This document shows, piece after piece, positions 38,583 through 49,336 of a DNA stretch of 61,417 nt (position 1 is its first letter; each line of letters starts with the position of its first letter). Location of the stretch: contig JBEKTQ010000024.1 of NCBI GenBank assembly GCA_049515895.1, forward strand, positions 1 to 61,417, in the 5' to 3' direction. The notes under the pieces were generated by a model. That model saw only the letters and a list, made by a program, of their open reading frames with translations. It made no database searches and had not been told where the DNA came from. Position numbers and translations under genes: made by a program. The DNA comes from Candidatus Bathyarchaeia archaeon. GTDB taxonomy: Archaea; Thermoproteota; Bathyarchaeia; Bathyarchaeales; Bathycorpusculaceae.

Positions 38583-40487
38583 TCACTTGAGGCGGTCCCT
38601 TAGAAGTTTTGCTACTAATTCAGGATTAGCCTTTCCACGCACTTCCTTCATCACAGCGCCCATAAGCAGCCCGTTAGCGCCCTTGCCAAGTTTTTCAACC
38701 TGCTGTTTGTTAGCTGCCATCACGCGGTCAACAATCAACGCTAAATCAGCTTCCGTGAACATTTTCAAGCCTAAAGCGTCTATTGCATCCTTAACTGTTT
38801 TGTCTTCGTTCTTTGAGAGCCATGTGAAAACATCGGAGAGTGCTTCTTTAGCGAGTTCTCCTGAACCGACAACTTGGAAGATGCTTTTAATCTGTTCTTC
38901 GCTGACAGCATCAATCTGAACGCCTTCGCGTTTGAGTGCTTTCAATGTCTCAGTTAAGAACACCGCTGCCGTTGAGGCTTGGACCCCACTTGACCGAGCC
39001 ATTTCTTCGAAGAAAAAAGTGTACTCCGAATCGGCAAGTTGTTTGGCTAATTTTTCGTTCAAACCAAATTGCTTAATTATGCGCGCCACTTTTTTTTCAG
39101 CTGGCTCAGGCAAGTTATCGCGAATTTTCTCAATCAATTCGTCGGTTATTGGCTGCGGCGGGATGTCGGTTTCAGGGTACATTCTTGCTGCGCCAGGTCT
39201 CGGACGCATGTACCTAGTTGTCCCATCATCCTTCGCAGCCCTAGTTTCAGCGGGAACACCTGTCACCAATTCTTGCGCTCGTTCAACCACGGCTTTCAGG
39301 GCATCTGAAACATTTTCTACTGTGTCAGCTACGAAAACAAAGGCGTCCGCCAAATCCGCGACTACGGCTTTCCTCACAGCGTCCACCTCTTCATTGGTGA
39401 TCTCATAGTCTGGCATTTCGTCAGAGTGGAAGATACCACCTACTCTGCCCCAGAACTTCGCCCGGTCTGAAAGCTCAGTTCCAACTCGGAAGCCAAGCAT
39501 AAGCTCCCGCTTAAGCAGTCCCGCAAAGGCTGGCAACTTTACAGCCATTACTTTTTGATGTTTGTCCACGGCTTTGCGGATGACTTTACATTTTGTCTCC
39601 TTAAAAACGCTCGAGACATCAACAAAATTCTGCTTGATTGCATCAGACTTGACGCACCGCTTGGCAAGTTCCTCTTTCACACTTATGAGCCCAAGCTGTC
39701 GGTCAACCTCATACTCGATAACTTTAGAGATTAGCTCCAGTTCTTGGACACCTTTAATCTCGATTAAGGCCCCGTTTGGCAAAGAGACGTTGAGATCTTG
39801 CCGAATCGTACCTAAACCACGCATGGCTTTGCCTGTATCGCGAAGAATCCTTCCTATAACTAAAGCGACTTCCTGCGCTTCTATTGGCGAATAGATAACT
39901 GGTCCCGTTGCGATTTCAATTAAGGGGATGCCCAAGCGATCGATACGGTAACGGATGGTTTTGCCCTCATCCTGCGTTCCCGTTTTGCGGGCGGCATCCT
40001 CCTCAAGGAACAAAGCCTGTACCGGAATGACTTTTTCTGCCGCCTTAATCCAGCCGTCAGAGGCAATGGTGCACGTGCGTTGGAATCCAGTTGTGTTGGA
40101 GCCGTCTATGACTGTTTTACGCATGACATGAACCTCATCAACGGGAGCGGCGTTCATCATCAACGAAACCGTCAAAACGATTTCCACGGCTTCCAAATTT
40201 ATCGGATGCGGCGGCTCCTCATCCATCTCCACGAGGCACGAGCTGGCTTTGCTGGCTTCATAGAGAATTTTAACCCCTTTCTGGAACTCAAAATAGGCAG
40301 CAGGATCGACTTGTCCAAGCTCGCTTTGGGTTGGTCTTAGCCTTCGAAGGAAAGTGATTTCTGGCTCTTCTTTGAAAAGTTCAGGGGGGCAACTACAGAA
40401 CAACTTGGTTTTGGCGTTGAGTTGCTGGTGGATTTCCAACCCTACTTTCAAACCGATTTTAGCGTAGTCAACAGCCAACTTTTTCAT
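38583..40487 (-). CDS. gatE: Glu-tRNA(Gln) amidotransferase subunit E
   Basis: GLKVGLEIHQQL, DEEPPHP, IDGSNTTGFQRT, RPRPGAARMYPETDIP. Confidence 0.97.
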   Translation of the reverse strand: MKKLAVDYAKIGLKVGLEIHQQLNAKTKLFCSCPPELFKEEPEITFLRRLRPTQSELGQVDPAAYFEFQKGVKILYEASKASSCLVEMDEEPPHPINLEAVEIVLTVSLMMNAAPVDEVHVMRKTVIDGSNTTGFQRTCTIASDGWIKAAEKVIPVQALFLEEDAARKTGTQDEGKTIRYRIDRLGIPLIEIATGPVIYSPIEAQEVALVIGRILRDTGKAMRGLGTIRQDLNVSLPNGALIEIKGVQELELISKVIEYEVDRQLGLISVKEELAKRCVKSDAIKQNFVDVSSVFKETKCKVIRKAVDKHQKVMAVKLPAFAGLLKRELMLGFRVGTELSDRAKFWGRVGGIFHSDEMPDYEITNEEVDAVRKAVVADLADAFVFVADTVENVSDALKAVVERAQELVTGVPAETRAAKDDGTTRYMRPRPGAARMYPETDIPPQPITDELIEKIRDNLPEPAEKKVARIIKQFGLNEKLAKQLADSEYTFFFEEMARSSGVQASTAAVFLTETLKALKREGVQIDAVSEEQIKSIFQVVGSGELAKEALSDVFTWLSKNEDKTVKDAIDALGLKMFTEADLALIVDRVMAANKQQVEKLGKGANGLLMGAVMKEVRGKANPELVAKLLRDRLK

Positions 40488-41826
40488 CTCCCTCAACGAT
40501 CCTATCTTGCGGAAGCGTTCTCGGCGAGAATTCTCCTGCAATGTTGGTCTTAAGAAGCTTCAGGGCTTCATCCGGATCGTCAGTCTGTCCCAAAGCCCAC
40601 ATTAGTTTAACGAGCGCAGTTTCAGGGAACATGTCATCAGTCGGGACCACGCCGAATGATAGCAAGTCCCTGCCCGTGTCGTACACGTTCATGTTTACTC
40701 TACCCCATATGCACTGAGAAGCCAATGCGACAACGACGCCTTTAGACACGGCGTTTTTGATACGGCTAAAGCAGAACTTGCTGACATGCCCCAAGCCTGA
40801 GCCTTCCAGCAAAATTCCTCGTATCCCTTTTTCGACATACCAGTCGATAACCGCTGGGTCAAGCCCAGGGTAAAACTTGATTAAAGCAACCTTTTCGCTA
40901 AAGTTTGGTTTCAAAACCAGCTTCCTTGCTGGATCTCGGCGCTGGTACTTGTCTGTCAACATGGTTACTATTGTGTCTTTCACGTTGGCGATGGGGAACC
41001 CGTTGATTGATTTGAAGGTGTCCCGTCGGCTCGTGTGGCACTTGCGTACTTTCGTTCCCCTGTGAATCACTATGCTGACATCTGAAACCCGTTCATGCAT
41101 GGCTAAGCCGACTTCAGCAAACGGCGCTTCCCCAGCGGCTTTCACTGCGCCAATAAGGTTTGTTGCTGCGTCGCTGCTTGGGCGGTCACTGGAACGTTGC
41201 GCGCCAACAACAATAACAGGGATGGGCAGATTCTGCAAAGCGAAGCTGAGCGCGGCTGAAGTATAAGCCATCGTGTCTGTTCCATGCGCAATAACCACGC
41301 CATCCACACCTGATTCTATCCGCTTGGCAACAGTTTCGGCGAGTTCTTTCCAGTGCTGTTGAGTTATGTTTTCGCTGTATAAGCTGAAGACTATTTCAGT
41401 GTCCACGCGGGCAACGTCGGATAATTCGGGGACGACACCGTAAAGGTCGCTTGCAGATAATGCCGAACGTACGGCTCCCGTTCGGTAGTCTACTCGGCTG
41501 GCGATTGTTCCTCCAGTGCTCATGATTACGACGTGGGGCAACGCGGGGTTCTGCTTTGGCAGAGGCGGCGCGGCAAACGCGGGTTTGGTGCCTTTTCCGG
41601 CTTTTTCGATTTTTTCCTGTGGCGTTATACGTAGGCCGATGTTGTAGCCGCTCTTGATTTTGATTATAACCACGGTGGCTTCGCCGAGTTCTGAGCGGGG
41701 AATAAGTATACCTTCGTAGGTTTTGCCTTTGCTGGTGATACGAATGATATCGCCGACTTCGCAATCTGCTTTTTTCAGCGCTTGCAACGCTGAGCCTCGA
41801 TAACCTGAATTTTCAAGTTGACTCAT
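40468..41826 (-). CDS. gatD: Glu-tRNA(Gln) amidotransferase subunit D
   Basis: KSGYNIG, TGGTIASRVDYRTGAV, HGTDTM, QRSSDRPSSD. Confidence 0.97.
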   Translation of the reverse strand: MSQLENSGYRGSALQALKKADCEVGDIIRITSKGKTYEGILIPRSELGEATVVIIKIKSGYNIGLRITPQEKIEKAGKGTKPAFAAPPLPKQNPALPHVVIMSTGGTIASRVDYRTGAVRSALSASDLYGVVPELSDVARVDTEIVFSLYSENITQQHWKELAETVAKRIESGVDGVVIAHGTDTMAYTSAALSFALQNLPIPVIVVGAQRSSDRPSSDAATNLIGAVKAAGEAPFAEVGLAMHERVSDVSIVIHRGTKVRKCHTSRRDTFKSINGFPIANVKDTIVTMLTDKYQRRDPARKLVLKPNFSEKVALIKFYPGLDPAVIDWYVEKGIRGILLEGSGLGHVSKFCFSRIKNAVSKGVVVALASQCIWGRVNMNVYDTGRDLLSFGVVPTDDMFPETALVKLMWALGQTDDPDEALKLLKTNIAGEFSPRTLPQDRIVEGDEKVGC

Positions 41827-43427
41827 ACTTGATTCACCAATTGTTTGGATACATAAACTCCATCGCGTTCGTAACCGAAACGCATGTAATACCTTCTTGT
41901 TCCTAACGCACTGATAACTAAAAGCTTTTTGAGACCGAAATCCACGCGTGCCATGCGCTCGGCTTCCTTCAGCAAGTCAGCACCGAACCCCTTATGTTGC
42001 CACGCGCCCGCTGAATGCTTCCCGACTGGCACCAACGGTCCGTAAACGTGAAGTTCCCGAACAATTGCCGACGGCGACGTGGTGACTTCTGACCTGTGAG
42101 CTTTGGCGGATGGAACACGCAGACGCAAATAGCCAAGCAAAACATTGTTTTCTCTATCTTCAGCTGAAATAAAAACTTCCTTGCCTTCCGAAGCATCGTA
42201 GCATAAGCTTTGAATCTGGACTTTTTCCAATTCCGGCTTAACGTTGTCAACCATCAATCTATGGCCAACCTCTCGGCAGCGGATGCACTGGCACCTGCCG
42301 CCTTGCTGGCTGAGTTTTTCCAATGCTAATTGGCGTAGGTTGCTTTTCTTGACACCGGCAAGGATCAAACCGGAAGGAATGTCTCGTTGCACCCGCATAA
42401 CGCGTATCCATGGTGGAATGAACCGTTTGATTTCAGCGATAAGTTCCAAGGCTTCTTCAGTTGTGTACGGTGTGTAAGCCCCTTTCTGGTACCATTCATA
42501 CGCTTTTGTCCCAGCGATGCAAAGGCACGGGTAAATCTTAACCATGTCGGGCTTAAATGCCGTGTCAGTGAAAACCCTCCTGAACGCGGCAAGATCCCGC
42601 TGCCTGCTGGAGCCAGGAAGCCCAGGCATCATATGATACACAATTTTTAGGCCAGCGTCTTTGGCTATGCGTGTTGCTTCTTGCACGTCGACTACGGTGT
42701 GGGTTCTTCCGACTAATCGATAAATGACGTCGTCGGGGTTTTGCACGCCTAGCTCGACGCGGGTGACGCCCATACCGAGTAATGAATCAATATGAGGCTG
42801 TTTTGCCCAGTCAGGCCGAGTCTCCACGGTTATACCGACATTTCGCACGACACTGGTTTCAGCGTTGACTTTTGCCTCTTCCAGGCTGGCGGATGCTTTG
42901 CCTGTTATTGCGTCTAGGCAGCGTTGAATGAACCAGGTTTGGTACTCTAAAGGCGTGGCTGGGAAAGTGCCGCCCATGACAATTAACTCGATTTTGTCAA
43001 CCTTATGCCCTATCGCTGTAAGTTGGTCAATACGGCTTCTAACCTGCAAGTACGGGTCGAAGTTATTTTGAGCGCCGCGCATTGCAGCTGGCTCATGACC
43101 AGTGTAGCTTTGCGGGCTCCCCTGCGATGGCCCCCCTGGGCAATAAGCGCATGGTTCTTGCTGCGGGCACGGATAAGGCTTAGTCATGGTTGCGACGACA
43201 GTGACGCCGGAAATAGTGCGAGTTGTTTTCCTGCGCAAAAGGGGCAGAAGCCGTTTAGTTTCTTGTGGCGTAAGAAGGCTAATTACATCCGCGTTCGACG
43301 GTACCCCTAAAAGCTTGTATTTGGCCGCCGCCTTCATTTTGAGCTGGTTCAAATCGTCATGAGTCGCCTGCGGCATGTCTTTTAACATCTCAATGATTTC
43401 TCGCAAGGCTAAGGTTTTATCCGTCAA
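41823..43427 (-). CDS. elp3: tRNA U34 acetyltransferase Elp3 (radical SAM plus GNAT)
   Basis: RTISGVTVV, CAYCPGG, SYTGHEPA, ETRPD, RELHVYG, WQHKGFG. Confidence 0.95.
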   Translation of the reverse strand: MTDKTLALREIIEMLKDMPQATHDDLNQLKMKAAAKYKLLGVPSNADVISLLTPQETKRLLPLLRRKTTRTISGVTVVATMTKPYPCPQQEPCAYCPGGPSQGSPQSYTGHEPAAMRGAQNNFDPYLQVRSRIDQLTAIGHKVDKIELIVMGGTFPATPLEYQTWFIQRCLDAITGKASASLEEAKVNAETSVVRNVGITVETRPDWAKQPHIDSLLGMGVTRVELGVQNPDDVIYRLVGRTHTVVDVQEATRIAKDAGLKIVYHMMPGLPGSSRQRDLAAFRRVFTDTAFKPDMVKIYPCLCIAGTKAYEWYQKGAYTPYTTEEALELIAEIKRFIPPWIRVMRVQRDIPSGLILAGVKKSNLRQLALEKLSQQGGRCQCIRCREVGHRLMVDNVKPELEKVQIQSLCYDASEGKEVFISAEDRENNVLLGYLRLRVPSAKAHRSEVTTSPSAIVRELHVYGPLVPVGKHSAGAWQHKGFGADLLKEAERMARVDFGLKKLLVISALGTRRYYMRFGYERDGVYVSKQLVNQV

Positions 43428-43523
43428 GTTAAGGAACCAACATATGGTTAAGTCAACGGATAGATAAAAGTACACTAAAGCTAAAGAAACCTTAAGGCTT
43501 GAAAAAACAGTTTTCGCCGACGC

Positions 43524-43685
43524 TTACATCCAGTTTTGGCCCGCTTTACGTTGCAGAATTGTACGTTTCTCGTAGTTACGTCTGTTTCGGTTTTTTGGGC
43601 TTGGCGCTGTTTTCTTCTGCGCCTGGATTTTCGGCGTTTGAGACCTGACTTTTCCAGCTTTCGATAAGCTACCGTGAGTCGGCAT
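43524..43685 (-). CDS. rps30e: 30S ribosomal protein S30e
   Basis: Manual translation: [25 protein letters not shown]...RNRRNYEKR. Confidence 0.95.
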   Translation of the reverse strand: MPTHGSLSKAGKVRSQTPKIQAQKKTAPSPKNRNRRNYEKRTILQRKAGQNWM

Positions 43686-43892
43686 TTAATACACCGTGCA
43701 CATAAATCATGACTGCCTCACTTAAATCTTTACCCGTTAAAGGGCGCCTGTGTGTGATGATCAAACTGCTTTGGGAGACTCCTATGTTTCAGCCTTGTTA
43801 CGGATCTAGCTTTTTGGTCTGTTTCCATCTAAAGTCAGTTACGCGTTAGGGAGCGAAGCTATATGTGGGAATTCTATTTTCCTATTTCAAAG

Positions 43893-44327
43893 TTATTTTA
43901 CTAGTTTTGTATGTAATCGCCCTAGCTCGCACACAAGTACGTGTTTCAGTTGTTCCTCTTCGTCAAGAATCCTCTCGCAAAGCAAGCGTGTATCCGTATC
44001 ATTTTCTTTCGTCGCCTCCAGAATTATTTCCTTTAATGTTGATACGAGATCGTTCTCCGACTTGATATCAAGCTCAACCATTTCTTTCAGCGAGCTTCCA
44101 ACGTTAACCGGTGGCGGTTGGGTTGCAGGTAATCCTTCAAGAGAGAAGAGACGTTCGCCAAGCGCCATCCCACGTTTAACTTTCTCAATAGAGGCGTCTT
44201 TGAAAGTATCTTTTAAGCTGGGATTTGATGCTCTTTCCAAAATCACGTACTGCCACAAGTATCTTATGCTATCGCCCAGCTCCAAGGTAATTGTTTCATT
44301 CAACAATTCTACAAGTTCTTCTGTCAT
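43893..44327 (-). CDS. Ferritin/bacterioferritin-like four-helix bundle protein, degenerate
   Basis: LLNETITLE..SIRYLWQ, GERLFSLEG.P, DIKSE, DTRLLCERILDEEE. Confidence 0.8.
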   Translation of the reverse strand: MTEELVELLNETITLELGDSIRYLWQYVILERASNPSLKDTFKDASIEKVKRGMALGERLFSLEGLPATQPPPVNVGSSLKEMVELDIKSENDLVSTLKEIILEATKENDTDTRLLCERILDEEEQLKHVLVCELGRLHTKLVK

Positions 44328-44699
44328 AATTCCAACAATTCTATTTCTGTTGAATAATGCTTTAAAACTTGTGATTAAGCCAATTGCCCAGTCCTTATGC
44401 CGAAAACCAGTCTTAAACAAAAGTTAGTTCGTGACTCAAATCCCAAAAAATTATACTTTCAACCTCAAAAGGGAGGTAACACCTACCTTCATTAGAGACA
44501 AACCATTTCTAATAAAAGAAAACACTGATATCAAAGGTTGGTTTCGTAGCCACCCTAAATCTTAAGGGAACCGGAAAATAAAGTGGCTCACAAGCGGTTG
44601 CCGGTAAGCTCAAGGGGAGAAAAACAGTCCTTTTCGGCAAACTCTTTCCTGCAAAGTATACGCTGAGTTAATAAATCTTATATTCACAGCGATAGGAAC

Positions 44700-46403
44700 A
44701 TGAATCAATCAGGAGCCACAAGGCTAATGGATATGCGGAAAATGCAAAAAATAAAAGTCAACCAAAAATCTCTTCAGCCCGCAAAAATATCAGCCTTAGC
44801 GATTTGTTTTGTGATTTTGCTTTCTTTGGCGGTAACGCCTCTAAATGCTCAGCTCAACGCAGCCAGAAACCTGAGTGGAACGTGGCAAAGCTCCTCTTCA
44901 GGAATGTATTATGAAATGGATGCCTTCGGCACTGGCATACGCCAAGCGGACGTAACAGGAACGTTTGCAATGGACATAACTCAAAATGGCAATCAAATAA
45001 CCATTGCTCTGTATTTGAACCCAATAAGTTGGGTCGCAGACCCCGCGTTTCTACAAGAGTACGGTGGCATCACTGGTGCTCCCCCAGTTGCTGGAGAAAT
45101 TGATTTCACTGGAACCGTTTCAAGTTCCGGTTTCACTGCAAGTGAAACAGGTAGCCAATTGACTTCCGAACAATTAACTGGTACATTCACCACAAATATC
45201 ATAACTGCCACATTGAGCGGAACAGCTGAAACAACAGATCAAAATGGCATAGTTGTCACATTAACAAGCTCATCCACGTCAGCGCCAACTCAAGCTCCGA
45301 CGTCTCCTTCAACAACAACCCAGCCGTTGGCCAGTCGCTACTACGGCAACATTGCATCAGTCAATGGCCAAGCGTGGACAAATGACGCAAACGGAAATAC
45401 ACCTCTCTCTACGGGTCAAATAGTAAGCGGCACCGAAATTCTGACTGGAAGCAGTGGGATTGTTGCTTTTGAGCCGCCTAATCAGGGTGGAACTGTATAC
45501 ATAGGTCCCAACAGCGATGGTGGCTGGGTGGGGCTCACTTCGGAGCCTGCTCCAGACAACGGAATCCAATACATCATTTATCCGCCAGTGTCAAGGGGAA
45601 CTATTTTTCCGAACGGCGCGGAACAGTTGACTGAAATGAAATATACCATACCGTTAGACATTGCACTTGCAGTTCTGGTTTTCAGTCATCCTCTTGGAGA
45701 AGCCGCAGCTGTCGCCCTTTTTGTTGAAGGCGGAGCCTTTCTAATACCCAACGGAGTCGCTTACGTCAAAGAAACCGTGTCGCATTTCTTAGCTGTACCT
45801 CAAGGGGGACTTGCCGGCGACAACACCGAGTATACTGTTAACGTTTCTTCAAACGGAACAACCTTAGTTCAAGTTATTAATGGCCCCGTGATATTCATGG
45901 ATCCAGTTACAAATAACACCGTAACTGTAGAAACTAATCAAGCTTTAACGCTTCCAGCGTTACAGCAAAGCGGCTTTACAGAATCCCAGTTGCAGTCTTA
46001 CGTTTCAGCTTTGGACCCCGCTTCAGTGAATCGCTGGTGGACGCAAGGATCAACCGACGCTTTCTCCCTGAACGGTTTTATGAGCCAATCCGCCATAATA
46101 ATGATTTTGGCCGTGATAATAGTGATCGTGATAGCTGCGTTAGCTGCCTCAATTACGCGAAATAGAAGGGTAATAAGACAGAGACATGCAAGTGAATCGT
46201 CTACTTCGGCACCAAATCCAGAGAGTGCCTCGCTAAATATCCTGCCATTCAAAAAAAGATCTACACCAGCACCTCAACAAACAACTGAACAGCCAAAGCT
46301 TCTGTTCTGTCCTGATTGTGGGCAAAAACTCCCATTGAGCAAAAAGTTCTGTCCCTACTGCGGTCACGATCTGAGCATGCAAGGAAAGCAAAACGAAGAT
46401 TGA
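44700..46403 (+). CDS. Exported membrane-anchored protein with cytoplasmic zinc ribbon
   Basis: Signal peptide, S/T-rich beta domains, TM segment, FCPDCG..FCPYCG. Confidence 0.8.
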   Translation: MNQSGATRLMDMRKMQKIKVNQKSLQPAKISALAICFVILLSLAVTPLNAQLNAARNLSGTWQSSSSGMYYEMDAFGTGIRQADVTGTFAMDITQNGNQITIALYLNPISWVADPAFLQEYGGITGAPPVAGEIDFTGTVSSSGFTASETGSQLTSEQLTGTFTTNIITATLSGTAETTDQNGIVVTLTSSSTSAPTQAPTSPSTTTQPLASRYYGNIASVNGQAWTNDANGNTPLSTGQIVSGTEILTGSSGIVAFEPPNQGGTVYIGPNSDGGWVGLTSEPAPDNGIQYIIYPPVSRGTIFPNGAEQLTEMKYTIPLDIALAVLVFSHPLGEAAAVALFVEGGAFLIPNGVAYVKETVSHFLAVPQGGLAGDNTEYTVNVSSNGTTLVQVINGPVIFMDPVTNNTVTVETNQALTLPALQQSGFTESQLQSYVSALDPASVNRWWTQGSTDAFSLNGFMSQSAIIMILAVIIVIVIAALAASITRNRRVIRQRHASESSTSAPNPESASLNILPFKKRSTPAPQQTTEQPKLLFCPDCGQKLPLSKKFCPYCGHDLSMQGKQNED

Positions 46404-46502
46404 ATATTTAGCTAGCGGCCTTTACCGTTTTTAGATGGCTGAATAATAGATTGTAGGAAGCCGGGTAAGCAGGTTGTCTGCAGATATGAAGACTTTACTT
46501 AG

Positions 46503-48056
46503 TCACCCAGTGAAGTCAAGTATGTAGATGCTTCTGGGCGATTGACCAAAAGTCTGCTCGGGTGTTACATGAGTGAAATTGTTTGAGCTGTATAATTGGG
46601 CGTAGATGTCCATTAAAGTGACCGTTTGGTTGAAATAGGCTAAGTGGTTCCCGCCAGTTTCAGTTGTGAATAGGAATTTCACGTTGTACTCTTTGCATCG
46701 GCTGATTAGAGTGGAGATGTTGAAGGTTGGATCTATGATTCTGGACCAAGGATACGCGTACGCATGGATTTGGGACCCCCCGTCTTTTAGGAGGTAAAAA
46801 TCCACTATACCTTTGCTGAAGTAATTGTCGGGGCAAAGCACCGTTATCGATTGGTTTCCGCTGTCATGGGCTATGGCATATACAACTGCTTTTTCCAACG
46901 CAAAAGGCGCTTTATCAAAGTTTATCCAATAAACGGTGTCATTTACGCTGTAGAAAAGGGACAGGCACGTAAAAACTATCAGCATTGAAGCACCCACTTT
47001 CGCCAAAGCTCTTCTGTTGAGGCCACGCAGTTTTGTGAACGTAACTGTAACAAAAACCGCAGCTGAAACCGCTAAGACTGGGAACAAAGGAAGAGCGTAA
47101 CGCCAACTTTTGTTGTTAACCAAGGTGTAGAAGACAACGACTGTGATGAACCATATCAAAAGGAGTTTGTCAGGCTTTTGTCTCCTGATAGCGAACAATC
47201 CCAAACCTAGAAAGCCCGAGATATACATTAGAAGCGAAATGGGGTGAATGGTGGGGTATATGCTGTTCATTTCAGTCAGGTAATAAAATGGCTTTATGGC
47301 TCCTCCCGTGGTGTCCATTCCCATAACGCTCAGCCACATTCCCACGTATCGCTGAAAACTGTAAACAAAATAAGCGGCGGCGACCAACAGCACCAAGATT
47401 ACCACAATGTAGATTTTTCTTGAAAAAGGCCTTTTAAGTTGACTTCTACCGAAAAACAAGACAGTGAAAAACATCACAAGTAAGGCGACGACAACTTGGT
47501 ATTTGACTAAGAAGCCGAGGATTAGGATTAGACCGATAAGGATTAGCATTCTGTCCTTATGGGTTTGCAGCCAGAGGTAACAAAAGAAGATCGCGAGGAC
47601 AAAAAAGAACGTCATCGCTATGTCCAACATGGCAAGATGGGAAGCGTAAAAGTAGCCCGGCATTAGGCTCAAAAAAATTGAGCCCAGCAACGCAGTTTGG
47701 CCATCGTAAACTTTGTAAGTGAACTCAAAAACTGCCCATAGAAGTAGAACGGAGAAGAGGGCGTCAATCAATCTAGCGGAAACGACGCTTACACCAAAAA
47801 TGTTGTAGAATAGAAAGGTTAGGAAATCATAAAGCGGTGGATAGAACAGGTTACTCGAGAATTGCTTGTACATTCCGAGTTTGAGGAATAGCCCGTTATC
47901 AAGATGGCCGGCTTCATCCCATTGGATAGGCATGTTTGAAAGATTTAAAATCAGAAAGGCTACAAGAATGCTAAGGTAGCAAATAGCAAAAACTAAGAAG
48001 GCTAATCTGAAGTTACAACTTTTTTTCAAGAGCCGCAAAAATTCTCTCTCTTGCAT
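46503..48056 (-). CDS. GT39/ArnT-like (GT-C) membrane glycosyltransferase
   Basis: WDEAGH, YPPLY, ARL, GFLVKY, RYALPLFP; many TM segments. Confidence 0.88.
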   Translation of the reverse strand: MQEREFLRLLKKSCNFRLAFLVFAICYLSILVAFLILNLSNMPIQWDEAGHLDNGLFLKLGMYKQFSSNLFYPPLYDFLTFLFYNIFGVSVVSARLIDALFSVLLLWAVFEFTYKVYDGQTALLGSIFLSLMPGYFYASHLAMLDIAMTFFFVLAIFFCYLWLQTHKDRMLILIGLILILGFLVKYQVVVALLVMFFTVLFFGRSQLKRPFSRKIYIVVILVLLVAAAYFVYSFQRYVGMWLSVMGMDTTGGAIKPFYYLTEMNSIYPTIHPISLLMYISGFLGLGLFAIRRQKPDKLLLIWFITVVVFYTLVNNKSWRYALPLFPVLAVSAAVFVTVTFTKLRGLNRRALAKVGASMLIVFTCLSLFYSVNDTVYWINFDKAPFALEKAVVYAIAHDSGNQSITVLCPDNYFSKGIVDFYLLKDGGSQIHAYAYPWSRIIDPTFNISTLISRCKEYNVKFLFTTETGGNHLAYFNQTVTLMDIYAQLYSSNNFTHVTPEQTFGQSPRSIYILDFTG

Positions 48057-48743
48057 TTACCTATGAAGCTGACTCTTTGTTGTTGGTAATTGGTTCGATT
48101 GAAATTTAAGGTTTGTCAAAATGTGGTCATCCAAAAAGTTGCAAGAAACACAAAGGTTGAGTGCTTAGATGGTGAGATGGATGAATCCACTTTTAACGAC
48201 ACATAGTTTTCTAATCTTGAGAAAACGAAAGTAACTATACAGCAACATTTAACCAACACCCTCACCTATTTTTATTGCCTCACCGAAATTGAGCACCCAT
48301 AACGACGGACTCAACAGAGGAACGCAAGAAACACAAATCTTGCACCCATGACGATAGGGTTCTACCCAATTATGGAACAGGTGAGGCGCGGGCGAAAGAA
48401 AAGTCCCATGCCGAGAGAACTTAGCTAAGCAAAAGGCAACGCCCAGCTATGCGGTTAAGCGTTAGGTTACATGGGAGACAAAAAGCCCGTAAAATAGACT
48501 TTAAACAGCTTTCATTTAGTTATAAGAGAAAAGAAGAAGGAGATAAAGGCAGTGTGCACACTTTTTCTTCCATGTTAGAGTTGCCTGATGAGCTGATCAC
48601 GCTTGTAGTAGTCTTATAGAATTATGAATGCCGGGAAAAAAGAATAACCGCAATTCAGGGATATGCAGAGCTTTAAGGATTAAACCAAGCAGAAATGCGC
48701 GGAGACCATCACAGTTGCGCTTGTTTAGAAATAAGACAATGAT

Positions 48744-48890
48744 TCAAACGCTTTCTTTGGCAACTTTGTCCTTAGCTAATAAGTATTCGACATATTCCTT
48801 TAATGTGCGGTTGGTTTCTTTTGCTCTTTTCTTGATGTCTTGATGAACCTTATCGGTGACTGTTATGCATTTGTATCCTTTTCGAGGCAA
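48744..48890 (-). CDS. Small ribbon-helix-helix-like protein
   Basis: Manual translation: MPRKGYKCITVTDKVHQDIKKRAKETNRTLKEYVEYLL. Confidence 0.75.
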   Translation of the reverse strand: MPRKGYKCITVTDKVHQDIKKRAKETNRTLKEYVEYLLAKDKVAKESV

Positions 48891-49023
48891 AAACATCTTC
48901 TCCTGAGTACTTTACCGTACAATTGAATATATAATTAACGGTGAAGGATAGCTGAAAAAAAAGCGTATATCGTGAAACCTTATATAAATACACATACGCT
49001 AACTAACTTGAGAGGGAAACAAA

Positions 49024-49212
49024 ACGCCGAGAAAAGGCTACAAAAGCATCACTGTAAAAGCTGAAGTTTACGATTATTTTTTTAACGAGTGGCTAAAGGT
49101 CAAAGAGGAATACGCCATCAAAAAGGGTATTCGTAGCTTCTCAGCTTTCATTACCTTTACCTTGGCTCAACTGATGAAAGAAGAAAAAGAATCCTCAGCG
49201 AAAGAAACTTAG
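49024..49212 (+). CDS. Small RHH-like protein, probable ACG start
   Basis: (ACG)PRKGYKSITVKAEVYDYFFNEW..GIRSFSAFI; GAGGG and a TATA-like box upstream. Confidence 0.65.
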   Translation, partial: TPRKGYKSITVKAEVYDYFFNEWLKVKEEYAIKKGIRSFSAFITFTLAQLMKEEKESSAKET

Positions 49213-49336
49213 AGAAAGTAAAATGGGTAATAATAAGATAAAGCTCGAGTTTTTGTTGTATCCTTTTGGCACCAACAAATCCTTATAATAATTTTCATGT
49301 TCAAAATAAGCCATGAAATTTTGAGGCAGAACCTAT

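Noticed and set aside
39081-41204. GCGCGC hexamers inside gatE and gatD (also at 26774)
   Set aside because: Only 6 nt, inside intact coding sequence and compatible with chance; not counted as junction motifs.
43750-43810. TGATGA as box C of a C/D sRNA
   Set aside because: No box D (CTGA) at a suitable distance.
48280-48470. Cys/His-containing minus-strand frame (HGCKICVSC)
   Set aside because: No supported start codon or recognisable family.
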